A stretch of DNA of 42,728 bases, taken from NCBI GenBank assembly GCA_030688705.1, contig JAUYJH010000121.1, positions 1 to 42,728 on the forward strand. The letters run 5' to 3'. This document shows positions 1 through 7,257 of this stretch, in pieces. Each line of letters starts with the position of its first letter. Position 1 is the first letter of the stretch. Origin of the DNA: Deltaproteobacteria bacterium. GTDB lineage: Bacteria; UBA10199; SPLOWO2-01-44-7. The position numbers and the translations under genes are program-made. The notes below the pieces were generated by a model. It made no database searches. It had not been told where the DNA came from and saw only the letters and a program-made list of their open reading frames with translations.

Positions 1-204
1 AAATGGAAACCGGTGATGCGGGCGGTCTCTGCGGCCCAGCCTTTTGGCGGCTCCATCTGGAATTACGCCGTAAAGTCACAATCAGACGAAGCGTTTTTAT
101 ATCAAACCGCCTTTGTTCCCGTACAGGCGCTCCCCAAAGAGGGATTTTTAAAAATCGATGAAGAAACATGGAGGGATTTTGATCCGCAAAATATTCAACA
201 TTAA
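1..204 (+). CDS. 3' end of an upstream gene of unknown function (open from the window edge)
   Basis: Frame 1 is open from nt 1 to TAA at 202-204 (KWKPVMRAVSAAQPF...DPQNIQH). No motif recognised. It lies directly upstream of the Tad-like genes. Confidence 0.3.
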   Translation, partial: KWKPVMRAVSAAQPFGGSIWNYAVKSQSDEAFLYQTAFVPVQALPKEGFLKIDEETWRDFDPQNIQH

Positions 205-442
205 TCGCAAAGGTTCCGCCGCGGTCGAGATGGCGTTTGTCATTCCGTTTGCCGTTGTCATTCTGGCCGGTTTTTATTTTCTTTTTCAATGGGGTCACGG
301 GAAACAAAGAGACCTTGTTATTCGCCAACAAGCCGATGCCATCCGTTTGCATAAACGGCAGATGGCTGTTCCGGTTTTAGAAAGGCCGTGTCAAGTGCAA
401 CACCCTGCCATCAAGGCGCTCTGCGAAGGGAGAGGAAGATGA
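158..442 (+). CDS. TadE-like pseudopilin / Tad assembly protein
   Basis: N-terminus RKGSAAVEMAFVIPFAVVILAGFYFLF matches the TadE/TadG-type motif (GxAAVExA followed by a hydrophobic helix). Its TGA overlaps the cpaB ATG (ATGA at 439-442). The start is uncertain because ATG 158 overlaps the previous ORF. Confidence 0.55.
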   Translation: MKKHGGILIRKIFNINRKGSAAVEMAFVIPFAVVILAGFYFLFQWGHGKQRDLVIRQQADAIRLHKRQMAVPVLERPCQVQHPAIKALCEGRGR

Positions 443-1251
443 AAATAAAACAGCCGGCCTGGATAGCCGCGGCGGCGGGTGTTTTGGCCCTGCTTCTTTC
501 CTTTGGTTATTTTCGTGTCAAAGAGGCACGGCTCAATGCGCTTGAAGATCCGGTGACCGTTGTCGTCGCCAAAAAAGATGTTTTGCAGGCAAGCCGCCTT
601 GATCCATCACAACTGACTCTTATGAAATTCCCACGCCGCTTTGTCCAGCCGGCGGCGGCCCTTTCTCTGGAATCGGTTGCGGGGCAGGTGGCGATGACGC
701 CGATTCTTAAAGGGGAACAGATTGTGATGACCAAACTGCTTCCATTGGGCGAAAAAAGCGGGCTCCAATCCAAAATCCCCTTGGGGATGCGGGCCTTGTC
801 GGTGGAAATGGATGATGTCTCCGGTGTGGCGGGTCTGATCCGCCCCAATAATTTTATTGATCTGTTGGCCACCTTTGAAATGGAAGATTCCACCGAGAAT
901 CTTCAAGTCGGCACCCATACGATCGCCCAAAAAGTTCTGGTTCTGGCCGTCGGCAGAGAAATTCAAAACGGTCTGGACGGAAAAAAACAGAAAGATTCCA
1001 AAAATATGTTCGGCGGCGCTTCCTTTACCGAGTCGCTAACCGGCAACAACAAAAGAACGCTGACTTTGGCGCTGACACCCCAGCAGGCGCAGGAGGTGGA
1101 GTTTGCCAAACAGCAGGGGGTTGTCGCCTTTTCGTTGCGGCCGCAGTGGGAAGAAGAGCCTCTCAATTTGCAGCCGACCACGGCGCTGGATTTAGTTGGG
1201 TTCAAAGGCAGGGCAAAGAGGACGGGGTATCGGGAGTATAGGGGGAAGTAG
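439..1251 (+). CDS. cpaB: Flp pilus assembly protein CpaB/RcpC
   Basis: ATG 439 follows GGGAGAGGAAG. It has an N-terminal TM helix (AWIAAAAGVLALLLSFGYF), then a SAF/RcpC-like region (VTVVVAKKDVLQASRLDPSQL...MTPILKGEQIV). It sits between the tadE-like and secretin genes. Confidence 0.8.
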   Translation: MKIKQPAWIAAAAGVLALLLSFGYFRVKEARLNALEDPVTVVVAKKDVLQASRLDPSQLTLMKFPRRFVQPAAALSLESVAGQVAMTPILKGEQIVMTKLLPLGEKSGLQSKIPLGMRALSVEMDDVSGVAGLIRPNNFIDLLATFEMEDSTENLQVGTHTIAQKVLVLAVGREIQNGLDGKKQKDSKNMFGGASFTESLTGNNKRTLTLALTPQQAQEVEFAKQQGVVAFSLRPQWEEEPLNLQPTTALDLVGFKGRAKRTGYREYRGK

Positions 1252-1345
1252 GACAATGGACAATGGACCAGGGACAATGGACCCACGACAAAAAACAATC
1301 AAAAAGCTTTTAGTCCTTGGTCCTTGGTCCATGGTCCTTGGTCCA
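1251..1345. repeat. Family D heptamer hairpin, copy 1
   Basis: Five tandem heptamers GGACAAT/GGACCAG/GGACCCA (1251-1285) are followed by an A-rich loop, then five inverted heptamers TAGTCCT/TGGTCCT/TGGTCCA (1311-1345). It starts at the last base of the cpaB stop codon. Confidence 0.8.
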
Positions 1346-2779
1346 ATATCATTATTGTTGGCCTCCTTAGCCTTCGCCTCTCCCCTCTCCCCCCAATCCC
1401 TCGCCAAAGGGGAATCATCGGTTATCCAGACCGATTATGAAATCGGCGATGTGGCCATTGCCAATCCCAAAGTGGCCGATTTTATTATTCAGGATGAGAG
1501 AAAATCGCTCTACCTCAACGCCAAGAGCGAAGGGTTCACCACCCTGACTCTTTGGAACAAGGACGGGGAGCTTAAAGATGTCATTCCCGTGACGGTCCAC
1601 AGTGCCAGCTTGAGCGCTATTTTGAGAGAGGCCGAACAATCTTTTGCATCAATCAAATCGATCGATTTTTTGGTGCAAGACGATGTAATCCGCATCGTCG
1701 GCGAGGCCCCTTCTCCTTCTGATTATAAAAGAATCCAATCTTTTGCCGCCAGGTATCCGCAAATTTTGAATGAGGTCATCATGGCCAAGCCGGTTTTGGA
1801 TACCATGACCAGCCGCATTGAAAAAGCGATCGCCATGCCGGGGATCAAAGTCCGCTCGGTCAAGGATCGCGTGGTTTTGGAGGGGGTCGCCTTTAGCCAA
1901 GGGGCCGCAAACAAGGCTTACGAGATTGCCAAACTCTACGATCCCACCGCATTGAATCTTATTGAAATCCGGCAGGGGGACAGAACGCTGGGGAAAGAAG
2001 AGATGGTGCAGATTGATCTCTATTTTATGGAGATTCAAAAATCGGCGCTGCGCACCTTTGGCATCCAATGGGCGCCGGGTTCTTTTCCTGCGGGGGGCGG
2101 AGAAAATCCGTTCGGCGGCGGCGGTGGCGATGCGTCAGGCGGCATCGGTGGGCTGGGACAATCGCTGATCGGTTTTGTGTTGAATCTCGTTCCCAAAATT
2201 CGCTTCATCCGCGAAAAAGGGTTGGGCCGTGTTTTGGAAAACCCGACTATTTTTGTCAAAAGCGGCGACTTGGCCACTTTTTTCAGCGGCGTGCAGGTTC
2301 CCTATTTTGCCCAGCAAAATGTCCAATTCAAAGAGGTGGGGGTCAAGGTGGAGGCCCAGCCGGTTGTTTCCGGAAGCGACGTCGATCTGAAAATGTCGGC
2401 GCAAATTTCCACCCCCTCCGCCCACATCGATGGCGGCATCAATACCCACTCGATCAATACCACCGCGTATATCCCGTCGGGCCAGGCGATGGTGCTCGGG
2501 GGGATTTTAAGCGGCCGGGATGTCAAAACCTATAACCGCGTTCCCAAAGACCTCTCCACCTCATCGGCCCTTTTTACGCTTTTTTTGTCGAAGGATTTTC
2601 AGACCAGCAAAACAGAGCTGGTGGTTTTTGCCCTTCCAAAAATTGTCGCGGCGCAAGCGGATCTCACAAGTCTCAAAGAAGATTGGGCAAAGACGGAAGA
2701 ACAAATGCTCAAAGACCGCTCCATGAAGGAATATCTTGAATACATGAAGAAAAGGAAAAAAATAAATTCTAAACACTAA
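1277..2779 (+). CDS. cpaC: Tad pilus secretin CpaC/RcpA
   Basis: Pilus N-domain-like region (DYEIGDVAIANPKVADFII...LTLWNKDGE) and BON-like segments, then a C-terminal secretin domain (LGRVLENPTIFVKSGDLATFFSGVQVPY, GQAMVLGGIL, ELVVFALPKIV). The ORF is open from 1196. In-frame ATGs at 1256, 1277 and 1331 all lie inside the repeat. 1277 gives the signal-peptide-like N-terminus MDPRQKTIKKLLVLGPWSMVLGPISLLLASLAFA. Confidence 0.85.
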   Translation: MDPRQKTIKKLLVLGPWSMVLGPISLLLASLAFASPLSPQSLAKGESSVIQTDYEIGDVAIANPKVADFIIQDERKSLYLNAKSEGFTTLTLWNKDGELKDVIPVTVHSASLSAILREAEQSFASIKSIDFLVQDDVIRIVGEAPSPSDYKRIQSFAARYPQILNEVIMAKPVLDTMTSRIEKAIAMPGIKVRSVKDRVVLEGVAFSQGAANKAYEIAKLYDPTALNLIEIRQGDRTLGKEEMVQIDLYFMEIQKSALRTFGIQWAPGSFPAGGGENPFGGGGGDASGGIGGLGQSLIGFVLNLVPKIRFIREKGLGRVLENPTIFVKSGDLATFFSGVQVPYFAQQNVQFKEVGVKVEAQPVVSGSDVDLKMSAQISTPSAHIDGGINTHSINTTAYIPSGQAMVLGGILSGRDVKTYNRVPKDLSTSSALFTLFLSKDFQTSKTELVVFALPKIVAAQADLTSLKEDWAKTEEQMLKDRSMKEYLEYMKKRKKINSKH

Positions 2780-3228
2780 ATACTAAACAAATTACAATGA
2801 ATCAAAATAAAAATTCCAAACCCGCTTGTTTCGATCTTGAAAAACGGACACTGCAATTTGCGGAAAATATTATTCAATATACAAAGGTGCTGCCAAAAAC
2901 GCTTTCTAATCTTGAAATTGCAAAACAACTGATCAGATCAGGGGGGTCCGTTGGCGCAAACTACATCGAAGCAAACGAATCGCTGGGCAAAAAGGATTTT
3001 ATGATGAGAATTAAAATTTGCAAAAAAGAATCAAAAGAAAGTCGCTATTGGCTCTGCTTAAGCGAGACTTTTCAGATCAATAAAAAAGAAATGCTGATTC
3101 AAGAGACAAATGAACTGATGAAAATCTTCGGAGCCATTTTAGAAAAATGCAAATAATTCGATTGTTTGGATTTTGGAAATTGAAATTTAGAATTTGTTTA
3201 GAGTTTCGAATTTAGGATTTAGAATTTT
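2764..3228. repeat. Family E AT-rich hairpin element carrying the four-helix-bundle ORF where its inner arm and loop should be
   Basis: The left arm AAATTCTAAACACTAAATACTAAACAAATTACA (2764-2796) is an imperfect inverted repeat of AATTTGTTTAGAGTTTCGAATTTAGGATTTAGAATTTT in the right arm (3157-3228). The right arm is collinear with the right halves of the ORF-less copies at 28303 and 32586. Confidence 0.55.
2797..3156 (+). CDS. Four-helix-bundle protein, 23S rRNA intervening-sequence (IVS) protein family
   Basis: Family-typical sequence: FDLEKRTLQFAENIIQYTKVLPK...EIAKQLIRSGGSVGANYIEANESLGKKDFMMRIKICKKESKESRYWLCL. Confidence 0.9.
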   Translation: MNQNKNSKPACFDLEKRTLQFAENIIQYTKVLPKTLSNLEIAKQLIRSGGSVGANYIEANESLGKKDFMMRIKICKKESKESRYWLCLSETFQINKKEMLIQETNELMKIFGAILEKCK

Positions 3229-3259
3229 GTATTTTTATTTTTAATTTTTCATTTTTATT

Positions 3260-5203
3260 ATGAGTGCGAAAATCATATCCGTAATGGGTGTCAAAGACGG
3301 GGTTGGGGCGTCGGGTTTGGCCAAAGACATCGCCGCGGCCTCCCGCAAAAGGGGGGAGACAGTACTCCTCGTGGATGGTGATGCCGACCATCCCGGTGAT
3401 TTGCGGCTTGTCTGCGGCGATGCCGCCCCGTGGCGCAGCCTCCCTGATCTTTCGCGCCTCTCTTTTGATTCGGACCCTGCGTGGACCCGCGCTTTTTTGA
3501 AAACCGCTTCGGGGTTCAGCGGCCTTGAAATCGCCGCCGCCGGTGAAAATGCCTGGTCGCAGGTGGAGCCGCATCTCCACCGTTTTGATCTGGTGGTCTG
3601 CGATTTGGGCTCCCGGTTTCATTCTCTTGCCGCCTCTTTTTTAAAACAATCGTCCCTTTTTGTTTTGGCGGCCGGCTCCTCGATAACGCACGTGGAGGCC
3701 CTTAAACGCAAAAGCCAAAAACTTTCGATGAGTTTTTTTCCGTTCCAGCGCATCGGCTGGGTGGCCAGAAATTGGGGAAAAGAGGCGTTTTTGAAGACCG
3801 CTGATCTGGAGCAAATCACAAAGATAGCGTGTGTCGGCCAAAAAGGGTCCGATTGCCTTTTGACAATGGACAGGCTCCCCCCCTTGAACGGAGATTTGGC
3901 CCCTTTTCTCCCCGATCGTCTTTTTGGCGAAAAACTTCCCCCTGTTGTGGTGAAGGCGGCGGAAGAACCCGAGGCGCCGCAGACTGTTTCTTTCAGACCG
4001 GAGCTTCTTTCTGCCGTCAAAAAAAGCATGGAGACAAAGGGGCTCAAAGCCGATCAAAACGAGGAGGGATTGCGCGAAAAAGTGAGAATCATTATCCACG
4101 AGGTGCTTCAAGACGCGTCGCTCGATATTCCTTCAGAAACCGACCGCGACGTTTTAACCCGTGAACTTCTTGATGAGCTTTTGGGGCTGGGGCCTCTGGA
4201 AAAACTCCTCTCGCACCCCCATTACAGCGAAATTCTGGTCAACGGCTTGGCGCCGATTTTTGTCGAGGAAAAAGGGCGGCTTCAACCGACCTCTTTTCAA
4301 TTCATCAATCTGGAATCGCTGAACAAGGCGATTGAGAGAATTTTGGCCCCGCTGGGGAGGCGCGTCGATGAGGCCTCTCCGATGGTCGATGCCCGGCTCA
4401 AAGACGGCTCGCGCGTCAACATCATCATTCCGCCTTTGGCCCTGAACGGTCCTGTGGTGAGTATCCGCCGTTTTTCAAAAAATAGTCTCTCCCCCGAAGA
4501 TTGGGTGCGCATGGGGAGCGTCACCGAAGAGATGCTTCAGTTTTTGAAAGAGGGGGTGTTGCGCAAAATGAACATCCTTGTCTCCGGCGGCACCGGTTCG
4601 GGCAAGACGACCCTTTTGAATCTTTTGTCCTCTTTTATTCCCAAAGAAGAGAGGATCATCACCATTGAAGACGCGGCGGAGCTTAAGCTCAACCAGCCCC
4701 ATGTGGTGCGTCTGGAGTCTAGGCCCGCAAACATCGAGGGGAAGGGGATGATCGCCATCCGCGATTTGGTGCGTAACTCCCTAAGAATGCGCCCCGACCG
4801 GATCGTGGTCGGCGAATGCCGCGGGGCAGAGGCGCTCGACATGCTGCAGGCGATGAACACCGGTCACGACGGTTCGCTCACCACCCTGCATGCCAACACG
4901 CCGCGCGATGCCCTTTCTCGTCTTGAAACGCTGGTGATGTTTGCCGGGATGGATCTGCCGTCCAAGGCTATTCGGGAACAGATTGCCTCGGCCATCGACA
5001 TTATCGTGCAGATTGCAAGGGGTGCCGACGGAAGCCGCAAAATTGTTTCCATAGTCAAACTGTCGGGGATGGAAGGGGATGTGTTTACCTTGGAGGAGAT
5101 TTTTGGCGATTGTCATTGCGAGGCCAGCCACGCTTCGCTCGCTGCAGGCTCCGGCCGAAGCAATCTCCCGTGGATTGCTTCGCCCCTTCGGGGCTCGCAA
5201 TGA
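3260..5203 (+). CDS. cpaF: TadZ/CpaE-like ParA-fold domain fused to a TadA/CpaF secretion ATPase
   Basis: The N-terminal ~200 aa have a MinD/ParA fold with the atypical TadZ P-loop (KIISVMGVKDGVGASGLA...VLLVDGDADHPGDL...FDLVVCDLG). The C-terminal part is CpaF: Walker A GGTGSGKTTLLN, Asp box ITIEDAAEL, Walker B DRIVVGECRG, His box GHDGSLTTLHAN. The last 30 codons are encoded by the family A repeat. Confidence 0.85.
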   Translation: MSAKIISVMGVKDGVGASGLAKDIAAASRKRGETVLLVDGDADHPGDLRLVCGDAAPWRSLPDLSRLSFDSDPAWTRAFLKTASGFSGLEIAAAGENAWSQVEPHLHRFDLVVCDLGSRFHSLAASFLKQSSLFVLAAGSSITHVEALKRKSQKLSMSFFPFQRIGWVARNWGKEAFLKTADLEQITKIACVGQKGSDCLLTMDRLPPLNGDLAPFLPDRLFGEKLPPVVVKAAEEPEAPQTVSFRPELLSAVKKSMETKGLKADQNEEGLREKVRIIIHEVLQDASLDIPSETDRDVLTRELLDELLGLGPLEKLLSHPHYSEILVNGLAPIFVEEKGRLQPTSFQFINLESLNKAIERILAPLGRRVDEASPMVDARLKDGSRVNIIIPPLALNGPVVSIRRFSKNSLSPEDWVRMGSVTEEMLQFLKEGVLRKMNILVSGGTGSGKTTLLNLLSSFIPKEERIITIEDAAELKLNQPHVVRLESRPANIEGKGMIAIRDLVRNSLRMRPDRIVVGECRGAEALDMLQAMNTGHDGSLTTLHANTPRDALSRLETLVMFAGMDLPSKAIREQIASAIDIIVQIARGADGSRKIVSIVKLSGMEGDVFTLEEIFGDCHCEASHASLAAGSGRSNLPWIASPLRGSQ

Positions 5204-5204
5204 C
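5112..5204. repeat. Family A palindromic element, complete copy
   Basis: GTCATTGCGAGGCC...CCGAAGCAATCTCCCGTGGATTGCTTCG...GGCTCGCAATGAC. The outer and inner arms are self-complementary. It spans the cpaF-tadB junction. Confidence 0.8.
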
Positions 5205-5754
5205 ACCGCGCCGCAAGAAAAAAATAGAGGCAGGGCTCGCCGACTGTTTCGTGCTCATTGCCAACGCCATGAAAGCGGGGCTTGGCCTGCAACAGGCGCT
5301 GAAACTGGCCGGCGAGGAGGGGCCTTGGCCTTTGAACGAAGAATTTTCTCTCGTTTTAGAGAAGACAAAACTGGGACACACGCTCGATGAGGCCTTAAGC
5401 GACACCGAAAGAAAACTGAACATCCCCGATTTTTCACTCATGGTCCATTCTGTTATTTTACTGCGCGGCATCGGCGGCAATTTGGCAAGCCATCTTGAAA
5501 ATCTCTCCAAAATTTTAAGAGAACGCCAGAAAGTGACGGCCAAAGTGGGGCTTTTGACCGCGCAGGGGATGACGCAGGGGGTGATTTTGGCGGTGATGCC
5601 CTTTGTGCTGGGGCTGGTGCTTCATTTTTTATCGCCCGATTTCATCGCCCCTCTTTTCGCGCATCCGCTGGGTTGGCTCTCGCTGGCGGCGGTCGTGATT
5701 CTCGATTGCGGCGGTTATTTTTGGATGCGCCATATGGCAAAGGTAACTATATGA
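5200..5754 (+). CDS. tadB: TadB-type inner-membrane platform protein (single T2SS-F domain)
   Basis: T2SS-F domain: ADCFVLIANAMKAGLGLQQALKLA...HTLDEALSDTERKLNIPDFSLMVHSVILLRGIGGNLASHLENLSKILRERQKV, followed by C-terminal TM helices. ATG 5200 overlaps the cpaF TGA (ATGA). Confidence 0.75.
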   Translation: MTPRRKKKIEAGLADCFVLIANAMKAGLGLQQALKLAGEEGPWPLNEEFSLVLEKTKLGHTLDEALSDTERKLNIPDFSLMVHSVILLRGIGGNLASHLENLSKILRERQKVTAKVGLLTAQGMTQGVILAVMPFVLGLVLHFLSPDFIAPLFAHPLGWLSLAAVVILDCGGYFWMRHMAKVTI

Positions 5755-6320
5755 AACATTTTCTTATTTTTCTTTTGGTCCTTTGTCCCTGCCTGACCGG
5801 CAGGCAGGCCTGGTCCATAGTCCATGGTCAAGTCTGCCATGTCGCTTATGTCGAAAAACACAACGGCATGGAAAGAAGCCTGACCGCGCGGGTCGGAAAG
5901 GAGATTGTTTTGGGGGAGGTTTTAGGAACTTTTCCGGCCGACCTCAAAGCCCATCCGCCATGGTATTTGACGGGATTCCCCGCTTTTGAAAAGGAGATCC
6001 AAATTGCGCTGGAAGGCCTGCCGCCGCTTCTTTTGCACCGTGAGTTCCATTGTCATTCTGATCCGCCTCTGGCGGAGAAGAATCCCGATTGCCGTGTTTC
6101 CCTCAAACTTTCCGCAAAACAGGAGTCCCTGCCGCTCAATGAAGAAGAGGCGCAGGTCAATGCCCTTCTAAAGCCTTTTGGCGTGGATGAAGTTTTTTTG
6201 GAAGGGACCGGCCGACAGTGGCTTGAATCCGAGGAATTTTTGCTCAAAGGCCATCTTGTGAAAGAGGGAAAAAAAGAACCGCTGGAAATTTCGTGGGCCA
6301 GGGGGAAATTGCCATGGTGA
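5751..6320 (+). CDS. Hypothetical exported protein within the Tad operon
   Basis: ATG 5751 overlaps the tadB stop (ATGA). N-terminal signal-like MKHFLIFLLVLCPCLTGRQAWS. No recognisable domain. Its stop overlaps the tadC start (ATGGTGA at 6314-6320). Confidence 0.5.
   Translation: MKHFLIFLLVLCPCLTGRQAWSIVHGQVCHVAYVEKHNGMERSLTARVGKEIVLGEVLGTFPADLKAHPPWYLTGFPAFEKEIQIALEGLPPLLLHREFHCHSDPPLAEKNPDCRVSLKLSAKQESLPLNEEEAQVNALLKPFGVDEVFLEGTGRQWLESEEFLLKGHLVKEGKKEPLEISWARGKLPW
5775..5830. repeat. Degenerate composite of families D and G
   Basis: TTGGTCCTTTGTCC, then the palindrome CCTGCCTGACCGGCAGGCAGG (5788-5808), then TGGTCCATAGTCCATGGTCA. It lies in the signal-peptide coding region of ORF 5751. Confidence 0.5.
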
Positions 6321-7204
6321 TCCTTATTGCAACCGCCTTTGCCGCGGCCGTTTTTTTCGGGGCCTATTCCCTTGGCCTTGTTTTTGAACGGGAAAAAACA
6401 CGCCTCAAATGGTTTTCAACATTTTCCGGCATTCCAAAAGGGAATTTTCTTTTTACATGGAACGCCCCTTTGATCTCTATCATTGCGAGGAGGCCCATGC
6501 GGCCCGGTGTCATTGCGAGGCCCGCAGGGCCGAAGCAATCTCCCGACAGACTTACAACCCTCCTCAAAGACTCCGGCCTCTATTCCTTTTGCAAAGAAAA
6601 AGAATTTGCCGCTTTTGTTTTTTGTCTTGCGGCAGAAAGTGCCGCGCTTTTCTCTCTTTTTTTTGGATTCTCCTTTTCCCCATTTTTTTGGGGAGCCCTT
6701 TCAGGCGCCGCCTATCCTTTTCTCTGGCTTCTGCAGGCCAAAAAAGAGCGATTTGCAAATATCCGCCGCGATTTGCCGACGGTCATGGATCTTTTGGCGG
6801 TCTCCGTTTCGGCGGGGCTCGACATGATGCAGGCTTTGGAGAGAATTGTCGCCAAACTCCCCAAGCGGGGGCTTGTCGAAGAAATCGATCAGATGCTGCA
6901 CGAGCTAAAACTGGGCAAGACCCGCAAGGAGGTTTTGATTTCCCTTAAAGAGCGGGTTCCGCTTCCGGAAATGAAAACGCTGATCTCTTTTTTGGTGCAG
7001 GCGATCATGCTGGGGACTTCCATGGGCCCGGTGTTGATTGCCGGGGCCGACCAGATGCGCCACCAGCGTTTTTTGGATGCCGAAAAACTGGGGATTCAAG
7101 CCTCCCAAAAAATCCTTTTTCCCCTGATTTTTTGCATTCTGCCGGCGGTTTTTTTGACAATTTTTTCACCGCTAGTGATTCGCTACTACGTTTTGTCATC
7201 CTGA
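6314..7204 (+). CDS. tadC: TadC-type inner-membrane platform protein (T2SS-F domain)
   Basis: N-terminal TM helix, then the T2SS-F domain RRDLPTVMDLLAVSVSAGLDMMQALERIV...LGKTRKEVLISLKERVPLPEMKTLISFLVQAIMLGTSMGPVL, then C-terminal TM helices. The TGA stop lies inside the family B repeat. Confidence 0.8.
   Translation: MVILIATAFAAAVFFGAYSLGLVFEREKTRLKWFSTFSGIPKGNFLFTWNAPLISIIARRPMRPGVIARPAGPKQSPDRLTTLLKDSGLYSFCKEKEFAAFVFCLAAESAALFSLFFGFSFSPFFWGALSGAAYPFLWLLQAKKERFANIRRDLPTVMDLLAVSVSAGLDMMQALERIVAKLPKRGLVEEIDQMLHELKLGKTRKEVLISLKERVPLPEMKTLISFLVQAIMLGTSMGPVLIAGADQMRHQRFLDAEKLGIQASQKILFPLIFCILPAVFLTIFSPLVIRYYVLSS
6479..6545. repeat. Family A partial/tandem copy, in frame inside tadC
   Basis: Two direct CATTGCGAGG half-sites plus CCGAAGCAATCTCCCG. 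It translates as IIARRPMRPGVIARPAGPKQSPDR between TM1 and the T2SS-F domain. Confidence 0.7.
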
Positions 7205-7257
7205 GCGTAGCGAAGGATCCCGGTGGCATCGGGATTCCTCGCTTCGCTCGGAATGAT
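7195..7257. repeat. Family B palindromic element
   Basis: GTCATCCTGAGCGTAGCGAAGGATCCCGGTGGCATCGGGATTCCTCGCTTCGCTCGGAATGAT. It contains the tadC stop (7202-7204) and ATG 7253 of the next ORF. Confidence 0.8.

Noticed and set aside
2797-3156. Four-helix-bundle protein considered as the Avd component of a diversity-generating retroelement
   Set aside because: No reverse transcriptase gene and no template/variable repeat pair could be found anywhere in the window.
3212-3622. 136-aa minus-strand ORF overlapping the start of the TadZ-TadA gene
   Set aside because: It is antisense to a well-supported ParA-fold coding region, and its 3' (C-terminal) end runs into the family E repeat arm. It is a shadow ORF.
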